DNA of 64,000 nt, taken from NCBI GenBank assembly GCA_963662465.1, contig OY759599.1, forward strand, positions 1,056,001 through 1,120,000, read 5' to 3'. Source of the DNA: Desulfatiglandales bacterium. GTDB taxonomy: Bacteria; Desulfobacterota; DSM-4660; Desulfatiglandales; Desulfatiglandaceae. A model generated the notes under the pieces. It was not told where the DNA came from. It saw only the letters and a program-made list of their open reading frames with translations, and ran no database searches. A program made the translations under genes and the position numbers. This document shows positions 1-8,882 of the stretch, piece by piece (position 1 is the first letter of the stretch; each line of letters starts with the position of its first letter).

Positions 1-152
1 AAGGCCTTTGATTCTGTTCAAGTTCTCCGAAAAATTAAACAATCACGTTAAAAGTGTGCTAAAATGATTGGAATATAAAAAAAAGGCCTTCACAAAGGTC
101 CAAGCGGACTAAGAAATTTCCGTTTTAACACCCTATAAGGAGATTATCCCCA

Positions 153-1343
153 ATGAAAATAGTTATTCCTGTTTTCTCCGTTTTTACCGCTCTCCTCTGT
201 CCCCTGTTCTTGTCTTGCAGCGACGATAACAGCGGTCATAACTTTAATGCCCTATATGATTTGAGGCCTCTTTCCAGGGCGTTTGAGGTATTCGGCACGG
301 AATTTAAGAGTCGAGATCCTCAAATGATTCACCGGAGGTACCCTAGGCATGCCCTCATCCGATCAGAACGGGAACCGGCGCCGATTTCCCTTGGCTCCCT
401 GTCCGAGGAATCCGGCAGCATCGAAGAAATCAATGTGTTTGAATACGGGAGCAACGCCCATTTGTATTGGACAACGGCAACCGGAAAAGACGGCCTCGGA
501 AATACCATCTCAACTGCAACGCAGACGCTTGATGTTTCGGGTTTTCCCACGCGGTCCTTTTGGTACGACGTTTCCGGAAACTTCAAGTACGCCTACGATT
601 ATACATATGACGAAACCCTTTATTTAAGGACTTCCATTATCTGCTACCTTGAGGACCCCACCGACAACCCGGATGCCGGAAGAGATTTTGAAAGAACGAT
701 TATGTGGAACAAAGATGGCATACTCACAACCCGTACATTCGTTGACTATGATTCCAACGGGTTTAAACGCTATGAATATAAATGGCGATCCGCAACACCG
801 AAGAATTCCTTGAGAGGCACGGGCGGCATCGGCTATGATGAATACTATCGGGAATATGAGGCGGGTATGTTAACCTATCAGGAGGAAACTACGTTTGATT
901 CGGATGCATACCCCGTAACCATGCGCACAGACTATAACGGCGATGAAACTTATGAGGAGACCTATTCCGCAGTGACTTCAAAAACAGTAGAGGGATATCT
1001 TGAATCGGTTATTTGGAGCGAAGAGGGCTCGGACAATCAGAAGTGGAAGACAACGTTTGCTTACGATGACGATGGGCTCCTAAAGACCACCAAACATTAT
1101 GATTTTGTTGAAGATGCATTCGTCCTGGATACAATCGTTACGGATGTGTGGTACAAAAACCCCGTCAATGGACCCACGGGCGGAATTGGTGTTTATTTCG
1201 AGTCGGATGAAGAAGGAAATCCCGTGAGCGACTACGAATCAGTCGACTGGACCGCATCCCAAAAGACGCATCATTATTTTTCTTACCCGGGAGAAGAAGC
1301 CTTTCGAATCGTGGAATCCCTGGAGAGAATCCGGCTTCAATGA
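153..1343 (+). CDS. Hypothetical lipoprotein (acidic, Tyr/Thr-rich, probably beta-rich)
   Basis: 396-aa ORF; AAGGAG RBS upstream; hydrophobic N-terminus ending in a lipobox-like LFLSC. Confidence 0.7.
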   Translation: MKIVIPVFSVFTALLCPLFLSCSDDNSGHNFNALYDLRPLSRAFEVFGTEFKSRDPQMIHRRYPRHALIRSEREPAPISLGSLSEESGSIEEINVFEYGSNAHLYWTTATGKDGLGNTISTATQTLDVSGFPTRSFWYDVSGNFKYAYDYTYDETLYLRTSIICYLEDPTDNPDAGRDFERTIMWNKDGILTTRTFVDYDSNGFKRYEYKWRSATPKNSLRGTGGIGYDEYYREYEAGMLTYQEETTFDSDAYPVTMRTDYNGDETYEETYSAVTSKTVEGYLESVIWSEEGSDNQKWKTTFAYDDDGLLKTTKHYDFVEDAFVLDTIVTDVWYKNPVNGPTGGIGVYFESDEEGNPVSDYESVDWTASQKTHHYFSYPGEEAFRIVESLERIRLQ

Positions 1344-1718
1344 TTCTAATCGGTGGCACTGGGATATTTGTGAAACGGATATCCTGTTTTCGATTCTTCC
1401 ATCCCTTTTACGACCAGCTAAAATTTCTTGAACGGAATTCCGATGCCGAGCCGATTCCTCACAAAGCGCACCACCATCCTGACGCCCAAGCAGTATAGGG
1501 AGGACAGAACCCGGCATTCCTCCGGGAAATTTTAACTGCGGGCACCGGCAAAAATCTTCTGTTCCATTTCCAATCCCAATCCCATTCCCATAAAGGAGGC
1601 AGCAGAAAAACTTGCTATAGGGAAGAAGAAAGCGTAGCGCTTGACCGGGTCGGACCAAGCTACTCGTTTGATATCAAAGAGTTATTATCTCGCAACGAAA
1701 ATGTTCCCCTCAATCTTT

Positions 1719-3566
1719 TTATTTTGGCACAACAATCCTTACGCCCTTGTCAAAGAGTTTCCGTAGGATCACCAAGTGGTCAGGGTCTCGAAAATAATCG
1801 TACACACTTCGGGCTGTTTCCGGTCCAATATCAGGGATGACGTTCAAATCGCCCTCTGAGGCCATTTCCAGGTTTTCGAGACTCCCGAAATGGCTTGCCA
1901 GCTTGTGAGCGGCCTGTTCGCCAACGTGACGAATGCCCAAAGCATATAAAAAGCGTTCCAGCGTCGGACGTCTGCTTTGCTCAATAGCCCGCAGAATATT
2001 TTGCGCCGACTTGTCCCCCATGCCTTCCAGAGAGGCAAGTTGCTTCCGGGTCAACCCATAGAAATCGCTCATATCCTGAAGCAGTCCTGCCTGAACAAGT
2101 TGTAGCATCAATTTTGGGCCGACACCCCTGATATTCATCCCTTGCCGTGACACAAAATGTTCGAACCCCGCCATCTGTTTGGCCGGACAGAGAGGATTTC
2201 CGCAGCGATAGACGGCACCCCCGTCCTGATGGACCACAGGACTGCCGCACATCGGACACTGCTGGGGAAATACGAAGGGTTGTTCGGTTCCCGCGCGCCG
2301 CGACGGAATCACTTTCACAATATCGGGGATCACATCGCCGGCCCTTTCCACAAGCACCGTATCGCCGATGCGGATGTCTTTACGCGCGATCTCTCCATGA
2401 TTGTGCAAGCCGACCCGGCTGACTCGGACATCGCCTATTTCCACCGGCTCAAGAACAGCCACGGGCGTCAGCGCCCCGGTACGGCCCACTTGAATCTGAA
2501 TATCTTTCACGGTGGTGGTCGCCTGTTTCGGGGGAAATTTATACGCGATCGCCCAGCGTGGCGCCTCGGTGGTATTCCCCAACGCTTCCTGCCGGCGCAG
2601 GTGATTGACCTTCACCACCACACCGTCGATCTCGTAGGGGAGCAATCCCCGCCTGTTCTTCAAATCCTGAAACTGTTCGATCACCTCATCCATACCGTGA
2701 CAGATACGATTGAGCGGATTCACGCGCAACCCGACCCGTTTGAAATAGCCCAGTTTCTCGCAGTGAGTGACAAATTGCAGCCCTTCCACCGTTCCTGACC
2801 CGTAGAAGAAGGCATTCAGGCATCGCTGCGCCGTAACACCCGGATCTTTCTGCCGCATAGCGCCTGCCGCCGCATTTCTCGGATTTGCAAACAACTCTTC
2901 CCCGTTGTAACCCCGTTTCTCGTTTAACGCCGCAAACGCTTTCTTGTCCATATACACTTCACCCCGCACTTCCAGGCGGGCAGGAAAAACCCCTTGTTCC
3001 TGTTTCATCAGTTTGAGCGGAATGGCGCGGATGGTTTTTACATTCCCAGTGACATCTTCTCCGATAACACCATCCCCCCTGGTGGAACCCCCGGTCAAAA
3101 TTCCGTTTTCGTACACCACTTCTATCGCAATTCCATCGATTTTCGGTTCAAAAACATATTCTATCTCCCCGTGGCTGCACAGCAAATCTTTCAACCGCTT
3201 ATCGAAGTTACGCATGTCCTCTTCATTCCGCGCCTTTGCCAGACTCAACATGGGAACGGTGTGCGCAACCGTTCTAAACTCACCTGAGGCCACAGCGCCC
3301 ACGCGCTGGGTCGGTGAATCCGGCGTAATCCATTCCGGGTGTTCCTTTTCCAGGGTTTTCAGGCGCTGCACCAAACGATCATATTCGCCATCGGAGATCA
3401 CCGGGTTGTTGTCCACGTAATAGCGCTTGTTGTGATACTGGATTACTTCTCGCAGTGTTTCCATTTCCAACCGCAATTGCGCCAAATTTGCTGATGTCTG
3501 CGCAAGGCTGAGCGAAGTGAAGAACAGCAGAATGAGAAGCGTGGCAGTCGTAACGAGTCGTTTCAT
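1719..3566 (-). CDS. ligA: NAD-dependent DNA ligase (LigA family) with N-terminal signal-peptide-like extension and no BRCT domain
   Basis: HNKRYY..ISDGEYD domain Ia, EPKIDG adenylation motif, ANPRNAAAG, PRWAIAYKF, QVGRTG, C4 zinc finger, HhH repeats; ends right after the HhH region; start placed at MKRLVTT (3566). Confidence 0.9.
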   Translation of the reverse strand: MKRLVTTATLLILLFFTSLSLAQTSANLAQLRLEMETLREVIQYHNKRYYVDNNPVISDGEYDRLVQRLKTLEKEHPEWITPDSPTQRVGAVASGEFRTVAHTVPMLSLAKARNEEDMRNFDKRLKDLLCSHGEIEYVFEPKIDGIAIEVVYENGILTGGSTRGDGVIGEDVTGNVKTIRAIPLKLMKQEQGVFPARLEVRGEVYMDKKAFAALNEKRGYNGEELFANPRNAAAGAMRQKDPGVTAQRCLNAFFYGSGTVEGLQFVTHCEKLGYFKRVGLRVNPLNRICHGMDEVIEQFQDLKNRRGLLPYEIDGVVVKVNHLRRQEALGNTTEAPRWAIAYKFPPKQATTTVKDIQIQVGRTGALTPVAVLEPVEIGDVRVSRVGLHNHGEIARKDIRIGDTVLVERAGDVIPDIVKVIPSRRAGTEQPFVFPQQCPMCGSPVVHQDGGAVYRCGNPLCPAKQMAGFEHFVSRQGMNIRGVGPKLMLQLVQAGLLQDMSDFYGLTRKQLASLEGMGDKSAQNILRAIEQSRRPTLERFLYALGIRHVGEQAAHKLASHFGSLENLEMASEGDLNVIPDIGPETARSVYDYFRDPDHLVILRKLFDKGVRIVVPK

Positions 3567-3778
3567 CAGGAAGGACCGTTTGATTGGTTCATAAAGGTCT
3601 CCCACCTTCGCCCTTCGCTGCACATGGATGGTGAAGGTTTTGGCGCTGCTTTGGTGTGCAACGACAATTACACTTCCCCCTGCTCCCGGGCGAACCTGAT
3701 AAGGCTTTGCTTGGTTGCCTTCTTTCTGCAAATTGACCTTCTCTATGGCACCATCCTTTCAATTTCATTCACCAACAT

Positions 3779-4318
3779 TTACTCTACAACAGGCTGAGTC
3801 TGCTCTGTTAATTTCTGTTGCAGCCAGAGATTTACCAGCGTATCAACCTTCACACCACGCCGACGCGCTTGCTTTTCCACGGATGTCAGCAAGTCTAACT
3901 CAATCGGCATAGCACATGTGATTACAAACTCAACATCAGGCGCATCGGGGTTGTCAACGTCTGTAAAGTCGTGAGTATCCCAGTACTCTCCCATCTTCTT
4001 CAGTGAATCCGCTTTTGAAATACTGCTTAATTTATTTGCGGCATAAGTCTTTTGCTCCTTCTTGCTCATGTCACGTACACTAATAATGATTGCTGTTTTT
4101 GTTTCGGGTTTATAAACAAAAAATACTGATAAATATCGTCCACCAAAGCTCTGTCCAAAACCAGCATACACATCATTCCCTTCAGTATGACCTTTCTCAG
4201 CAAATCGAATACGAGGCTTACTGAGCAAAACTTGACGTACTTCTCGTACTGTTACATGATGTCTGGATTCAAGTTTATCTTCAATGTAATCAGGACAAAC
4301 GATGTAGTGAATTTGCAT
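3779..4318 (-). CDS. BrnT-like toxin fused in frame to CopG/BrnA-like antitoxin (probable 1-nt frameshift fusion)
   Basis: N-half GRYLSVFF..IISVRDMSKKEQKTY is BrnT/DUF497-like; C-half EYWDTHDFTD..ARRRG..LVNLWLQQKL is CopG-antitoxin-like; internal AAGGAG RBS and ATG at 4044. Confidence 0.75.
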   Translation of the reverse strand: MQIHYIVCPDYIEDKLESRHHVTVREVRQVLLSKPRIRFAEKGHTEGNDVYAGFGQSFGGRYLSVFFVYKPETKTAIIISVRDMSKKEQKTYAANKLSSISKADSLKKMGEYWDTHDFTDVDNPDAPDVEFVITCAMPIELDLLTSVEKQARRRGVKVDTLVNLWLQQKLTEQTQPVVE

Positions 4319-4395
4319 ATCATTTTAATCCTTTCGTGGCTCGGTTAGCTCAGGGACGGGCCTATCTTCATTGGCTGAAACGATGATCATGGCCA

Positions 4396-4872
4396 TCTTT
4401 TCGCTCTTGCCATGAGTGGCTCTTAGCTACAATCCCCTTTTTGACTATGAAAACGACCATATAGGCCGAAAATAGGACCTTGTTTTCATCATATTATCAA
4501 TCATCCTAAATTGTTAGCTTGGTCCGACCCGAGCTCAATATAATGTCTTGAGCAATTTCTTCACAGAAATATGTCCGACAAATAAAGCCCGATTATACGA
4601 TTTTGATTTGAATAATTCATTCATTGTTTTGAAATCATCATTAGAGGTCTCGATCCAATGATTCTTTATCTTTTCAATGTCGTTGTGATTCATTTCTTGT
4701 TTTGTCAATTGATATTCACCTAACCCGGAATATAATGTCTTTTCACTCTTCCCATGGGTAGTCCCTGGCTATAATATCCCATTTTTGACTATGAAAACAA
4801 TCATATAGGGCGGAAATTGGTCCCCTTTTTCATCCTATTGCCAATCATTCTATCTGGTCAGCTTGGCCCGAC
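4396..4872 (-). repeat. Two diverged ~135-bp direct repeats (4396-4528, 4738-4872), each an element end plus a truncated Y1/RAYT-like transposase start
   Basis: Shared TTTTTGACTATGAAAAC..CATATAGG..GCTTGGyCCGAC; minus-strand stubs MARAKRWP* (ATG 4413) and MGRVKRHYIPG* (ATG 4755). Confidence 0.7.
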
Positions 4873-5333
4873 AACTTTTTGAAATCCCGCCTGGCCTTGC
4901 GTTCGCACAGCCCGGCCCCAAAACGGTTGGGAAAATCAGCGGTCCTAATCCGTTCTCCTGCTGACCGGGCATTTAAGATAACATTTTGCCCTTCGTTGGT
5001 TTTGATAGTAGCCCAGTAAGCCTGAATTCTTTCGTCGCCTACTTTTCGTAAGGATGAATCGTCTTCAATCCAACCATGAAATGATTGTGGCACTGGTTGA
5101 AGATTTCAGAATGTACCCCAGTCCTTTCATCTATGACTTCGCTTAACGATTCGCAGATTTCGGTTAATGATTTCTTAATGATTTTCAAGCCGGTCACTAA
5201 ATTTAACGATTCCCTCCTCGAAACACATACCGCGTACCCCGCCCTTTACCGACGACCCCACCCCACATGCAGGATTACCTTTGACATTAGCTCCTGCCAA
5301 ATACAAGTTAGCAGTATTTATCGCGATATCTGA

Positions 5334-5978
5334 CTATTGAGTCAGGCTTTTCATGAAGCCACAATCAAGCACATTATCATTACCATAAAACTTGAAATTT
5401 AAGGTATCACCAACCTGTCGAACAGAAATAACCCCGTTTGTAGCATTATTATCAAGACAATAGTAACCATAAACAAGATTGATTGAAAGAATTTGGCCCC
5501 AAATAGCACTTTCCCAACCATTAATTTGATCTATTCCTGCACTTGTTAAGAGAGATTCATAAGGATGGCCAACAATTTTTCCAGTAACAAAGCTTGCCAA
5601 CCAAGAACTATTGCCACTCTTACACTCAAAAAACCATTCCGTCCGACCATCAAATAAAGCAGATCCTTTTAGTGTACAATCACTGCCATACGTACCTGAG
5701 GTCAATCCTTCAACAAAATTGCCGTTTACACCATGCAAAGATTTAAGATAAACAATCTGTTCTTGTAAATCGGTAACCCCCTGTTCCAGATTGGTGATGG
5801 CAGTACTGTTTTCTGTTGCTTTGGTTGTTTGTAGGGTACCATCAGGAAATTGAATACCCTGATCTGTTAAGCGAGTGCCAGCATCTATTACAGGCGCTGT
5901 AAAGATTATTACCACAAATGAAAACAGCGCCAACAACGAAACACCTTTTCCGTAGATAAATCTGCCAATGATTGCCAT
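5334..5978 (-). CDS. Hypothetical secreted protein with GIQFPDGTLQTT fibre-type motif and short coiled coil
   Basis: AAAGGAG RBS before ATG 5978; signal-peptide-like N-terminus; AT-rich relative to surroundings. Confidence 0.7.
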   Translation of the reverse strand: MAIIGRFIYGKGVSLLALFSFVVIIFTAPVIDAGTRLTDQGIQFPDGTLQTTKATENSTAITNLEQGVTDLQEQIVYLKSLHGVNGNFVEGLTSGTYGSDCTLKGSALFDGRTEWFFECKSGNSSWLASFVTGKIVGHPYESLLTSAGIDQINGWESAIWGQILSINLVYGYYCLDNNATNGVISVRQVGDTLNFKFYGNDNVLDCGFMKSLTQ

Positions 5979-6185
5979 GTTTTTATCTCCTTTCATTTTT
6001 TAGAATATGAGCCTCTTGCAAAATGCTAACTGAGGCTGTAAGTTTTACTGGAAGTTTTTCGGGAGAGCCAAAGAGCGTGGCTGTTGGAGCAGTTTTGGTC
6101 AACTTTCCGGGTTTGATGACGATTTTTGGACATACTCCACCCTCGTCTTCAGTGATATACACTAAAACGTAGGGTTATAAGGAAG

Positions 6186-7325
6186 CTATGTGACGAGGCG
6201 TAGCAGTTGATCTGCTGTGAGGGCCAGGATTCCGAACATCAAGTGGGCCATCACTTTGACATGCCCTCGCACACGAACATTTTTGCCCTCGAATTCATCT
6301 TTCAGTCGACCGTTCACCCTTTCAACATTGGAACGTTCGTTGTAACGACGGTCCTCGGGCATCTCAAAGTTAATAACTTTGAGCCGTTTGGCTTCCCACT
6401 TCAGCTCCTCCTTCAGTTTTGTGTTTCTGCGGGGATTGATGTCTATAATCGGCACGTGGCCGATGGACTGACTGTGTTCCCTAATGATGGGGGCGTCATA
6501 GGCCGAGTCCATTAGGTCATACAAGTTCGTGACCCTTGTCCGAGATATCTCTGCCAGGGGTAAGGCTACTTGACTGTCATGCAGTGAGGCTGATGTCAGA
6601 ATGCAACTGACAGGAATATGACCGTCGGCTGCGTCAATGTGCAACTTATAACCAATCCAACTCTCCATGTATCCTTTGCTATTCTTCTTGGTTCCGACAT
6701 CGCAGGCATTGGGAAGGTCGTCCAACATCTCTTCCAAACACATCTCTTTCTGTCGCTCAAGGCGCGTAGGCTCACTAATTTTCTCTTCTTCTTTCTTTGT
6801 TCGACCGCGCTTCTTCTTCGGCTTATTCTCAGCCACAATTTCTTTTTTCGCCGGCTTTTCACGGCCCTCTATCTCTGTCGAATCTCGTGAAATGTGCCCA
6901 ACTATCACATTGGACACCGTCCCATTTATCATCGCTTCATGCACTCGTGTGGGTAATTGGGTCATAGAAAACTCGGCAAATGCCCTTGAAAAGGTCGATT
7001 CACTGGGAATATCCCGACCCTTTTCCCATCCGCAGATTCGCAAAAGCTTCTGGTCGCTTGACAATCTATCCAGCAAATATCGGGTTGTCGGCATATTGTA
7101 TACGGCCTTTGCTACAAAAGCCCGAGCTATAGCTGCCCGTTCTTTACGATTCCGCCCAGGCAATCCGCTCATACACGGGACAAATTCTTCTATCCTTATA
7201 AGTTCCAATATGCCGACAAGTAAACGCTGTTTTGCACTTAACTCCCCAACTATGTCTTCGATCCACGGAAAAAGGTCCATCTGCACTCGATACCAATATT
7301 GCGAAATATTCTCCAAAAAACCCAT
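6186..7325 (-). CDS. DDE transposase
   Basis: PSESTFSR, ISRDST, GYKLH, LMDSAYD, YNERSNVERVNGRLK motifs; GGAGG RBS before ATG 7325. Confidence 0.9.
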   Translation of the reverse strand: MGFLENISQYWYRVQMDLFPWIEDIVGELSAKQRLLVGILELIRIEEFVPCMSGLPGRNRKERAAIARAFVAKAVYNMPTTRYLLDRLSSDQKLLRICGWEKGRDIPSESTFSRAFAEFSMTQLPTRVHEAMINGTVSNVIVGHISRDSTEIEGREKPAKKEIVAENKPKKKRGRTKKEEEKISEPTRLERQKEMCLEEMLDDLPNACDVGTKKNSKGYMESWIGYKLHIDAADGHIPVSCILTSASLHDSQVALPLAEISRTRVTNLYDLMDSAYDAPIIREHSQSIGHVPIIDINPRRNTKLKEELKWEAKRLKVINFEMPEDRRYNERSNVERVNGRLKDEFEGKNVRVRGHVKVMAHLMFGILALTADQLLRLVT

Positions 7326-7410
7326 ATTCGAGCGACCTCCGATCCAAAACACCTTAACTTCCGAAACAGATGTAACTACACACAATTATTACGCTAAGTC
7401 AATAAAATAT

Positions 7411-7621
7411 CAGTAATTCTCATCATGGCTGTGGATTTTCAATCGGGTTCCCCCGTTCTTCGTGGGAACGGTTGTTGGGACGCTCTGGGTCCTGTATCAA
7501 ACCCTCATAGGGTTGAAGGAAACAAAATTCACGCAGGGCGCAGAGCGTCCAGATGTAGTTTCCTACGCAAAACGTGGGGAAGCGGAATGAGGAACTGCTG
7601 ATCTCAAAATGAGAATTGCTG
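7411..7621. mobile_element. MITE (IS4-like ends) nested in the IS upstream of the transposase, containing REP-like hairpins
   Basis: CAGTAATTCTCA (7411-7422) and TGAGAATTGCTG (7610-7621) inverted repeats; flanks ATAAAATAT / AGAAAAGAT (7 of 9 match); internal GGACGCTCTG..CAGAGCGTCC inverted pair. Confidence 0.55.
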
Positions 7622-7767
7622 AGAAAAGATCAACGCAAATGTATTTTGCAAGAGGCTCAATACTTCTTCTTCAATTTCCTCCCTGTTCTCCGTTGATTTC
7701 TGGAGCATCATTTTCAAAGCCATATTCGCTTGTTCAAGAAGTTCTGTTTTAGATTCAAGTTCCCTCT

Positions 7768-7922
7768 GGCTCATCGTGGATTCGCGTGAGATTTGGCTTC
7801 TGAGCCGATTGTAGGTGCGACTTCAGTCGCACATTAAGCCGACCCTGTGCGACTGAAGTCGCACCTACAGCCCGAACCGAAACAATCTCAAAGCGCGATT
7901 TCACGTTAATCCGCGATGAACC
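7768..7922. mobile_element. 155-bp MITE with ISL3-like ends and 8-bp target site duplication
   Basis: Imperfect IRs GGCTCATCGTGGATTCGCGTGAGAT / GGTTCATCGCGGATTAACGTGAAAT; TTCCCTCT duplicated at 7760-7767 and 7923-7930. Confidence 0.85.
7810..7869. repeat. GTAG-type REP doublet (REPIN)
   Basis: TGTAGGTGCGACTTCAGTCGCACA (7810-7833) and its exact inverse (7846-7869). Confidence 0.85.
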
Positions 7923-8808
7923 TTCCCTCTTTCCTCGTTCAAGTTTTTTAACAGATTCGATTTCTTTTGTGATGTCCTTCCCATAGACCGCCAGTTGAAT
8001 GACTTTCCCCGTATTGTCAAATATGGGATACACATTGCTGTCAAAAATGGTCTTTCCTCTCTTATCCGTAAACTGGGAGGGTTTTCCTGTTTTAATGACC
8101 CTGTCAAGCTTGGGTTTCCTGGATTTGGCCAGTTCCATGGGCATGATATCATAGACGCATTTGCCGATAAATTCCTCAATATCCATTCCAAATTTTTTGG
8201 CCACGATGGAATTACCGGCAAGAACCGTCCCGTCAAAATCCAGCAACGCCATGCTGTCGGTGGGAGCATTTAAGAGGGCTTTTAACTGCTGGTTTGAAGT
8301 CTCAAGTTCCGACAACACCTCGGCGTATGCCTTTTTCAGTCGATCCTCAATTTTCTTTTTATGAAAGGCAATCTCTATAGACGCTTTGATTTCAGCCGGT
8401 TCAAAAGGTTTCAGAAGATACCCATGGGGCTCCACATTTATCGCCCGCTGAACAATTTCATCGTTCCCATAGCCGGTCACAAAAACGACAGCGCAATCGA
8501 TCGACCCCATGATTATTTCAGCAGCTTTGGTTCCATCGATTCCTCCCGGCATGACAATGTCCATCAAGATCACATCAGGCTTCAGTTCGGCCGCCATTTC
8601 GACAGCTTCTTCACCGGAACCGACAACCCCTACAACCTCGTAATCCAAGTCCAGTGCAATCTCTTCGAGTTCTTCTAAGATGATATAGTCATTATCAACA
8701 ATCATTATCTTGAGCGTTCTTTAAGACCTCTGATTCTGCTGACATCACGAATAGTTGCCTGTTAATGATACATCTGCCAGTCTTCTATCAGTCCAAAATA
8801 ATGGCACT

Positions 8809-8836
8809 GTAGAGACAAGGCATGCCTTGTCTCTAC
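8809..8836. repeat. GTAG-type REP, perfect 28-bp palindrome
   Basis: GTAGAGACAAGGCATGCCTTGTCTCTAC in an intergenic position. Confidence 0.8.
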
Positions 8837-8882
8837 TTTCTCCTCCATTTGCGCGGTTGCAGCTGGTGAAAACCTGTCGGCG

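Larger units (their letters stand above)
1646..4531. mobile_element. Putative non-autonomous element bounded by 17-bp perfect inverted repeats, carrying the ligase and TA genes
   Basis: CGGGTCGGACCAAGCTA at 1646-1662 and its exact reverse complement at 4515-4531; Y1/RAYT-like transposase start stub (MARAKR) inside the right end; no clear target duplication. Confidence 0.5.
6008..7659 (-). mobile_element. Insertion sequence (DDE transposase, IS5/IS1182-like)
   Basis: 17-bp perfect terminal inverted repeats TGAGCCTCTTGCAAAAT (6008-6024, 7643-7659); ATA flanks both sides (possible 3-bp TSD); single transposase inside. Confidence 0.9.
7660..8705 (-). pseudogene. REC-PAS response regulator interrupted by a MITE and abutting an IS
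   Basis: Receiver (ILMDI, YLLKPF) plus PAS; removing 7768-7922 and one TSD restores frame into LESKTELLEQANMALKMMLQK..EEEV, a coiled coil like those preceding LuxR HTH domains. Confidence 0.8.

Noticed and set aside
3567..3731. 55-aa N-terminal extension of the ligase from the track's TTG start
   Set aside because: No RBS and no ligase similarity; the signal-peptide-like sequence starts at 3566
4330..5330. Integron cassette array (TA gene, repeats, AT-rich ORFs)
   Set aside because: No integrase and the repeats lack attC R-box/L-box symmetry; they are better explained as transposase-element ends
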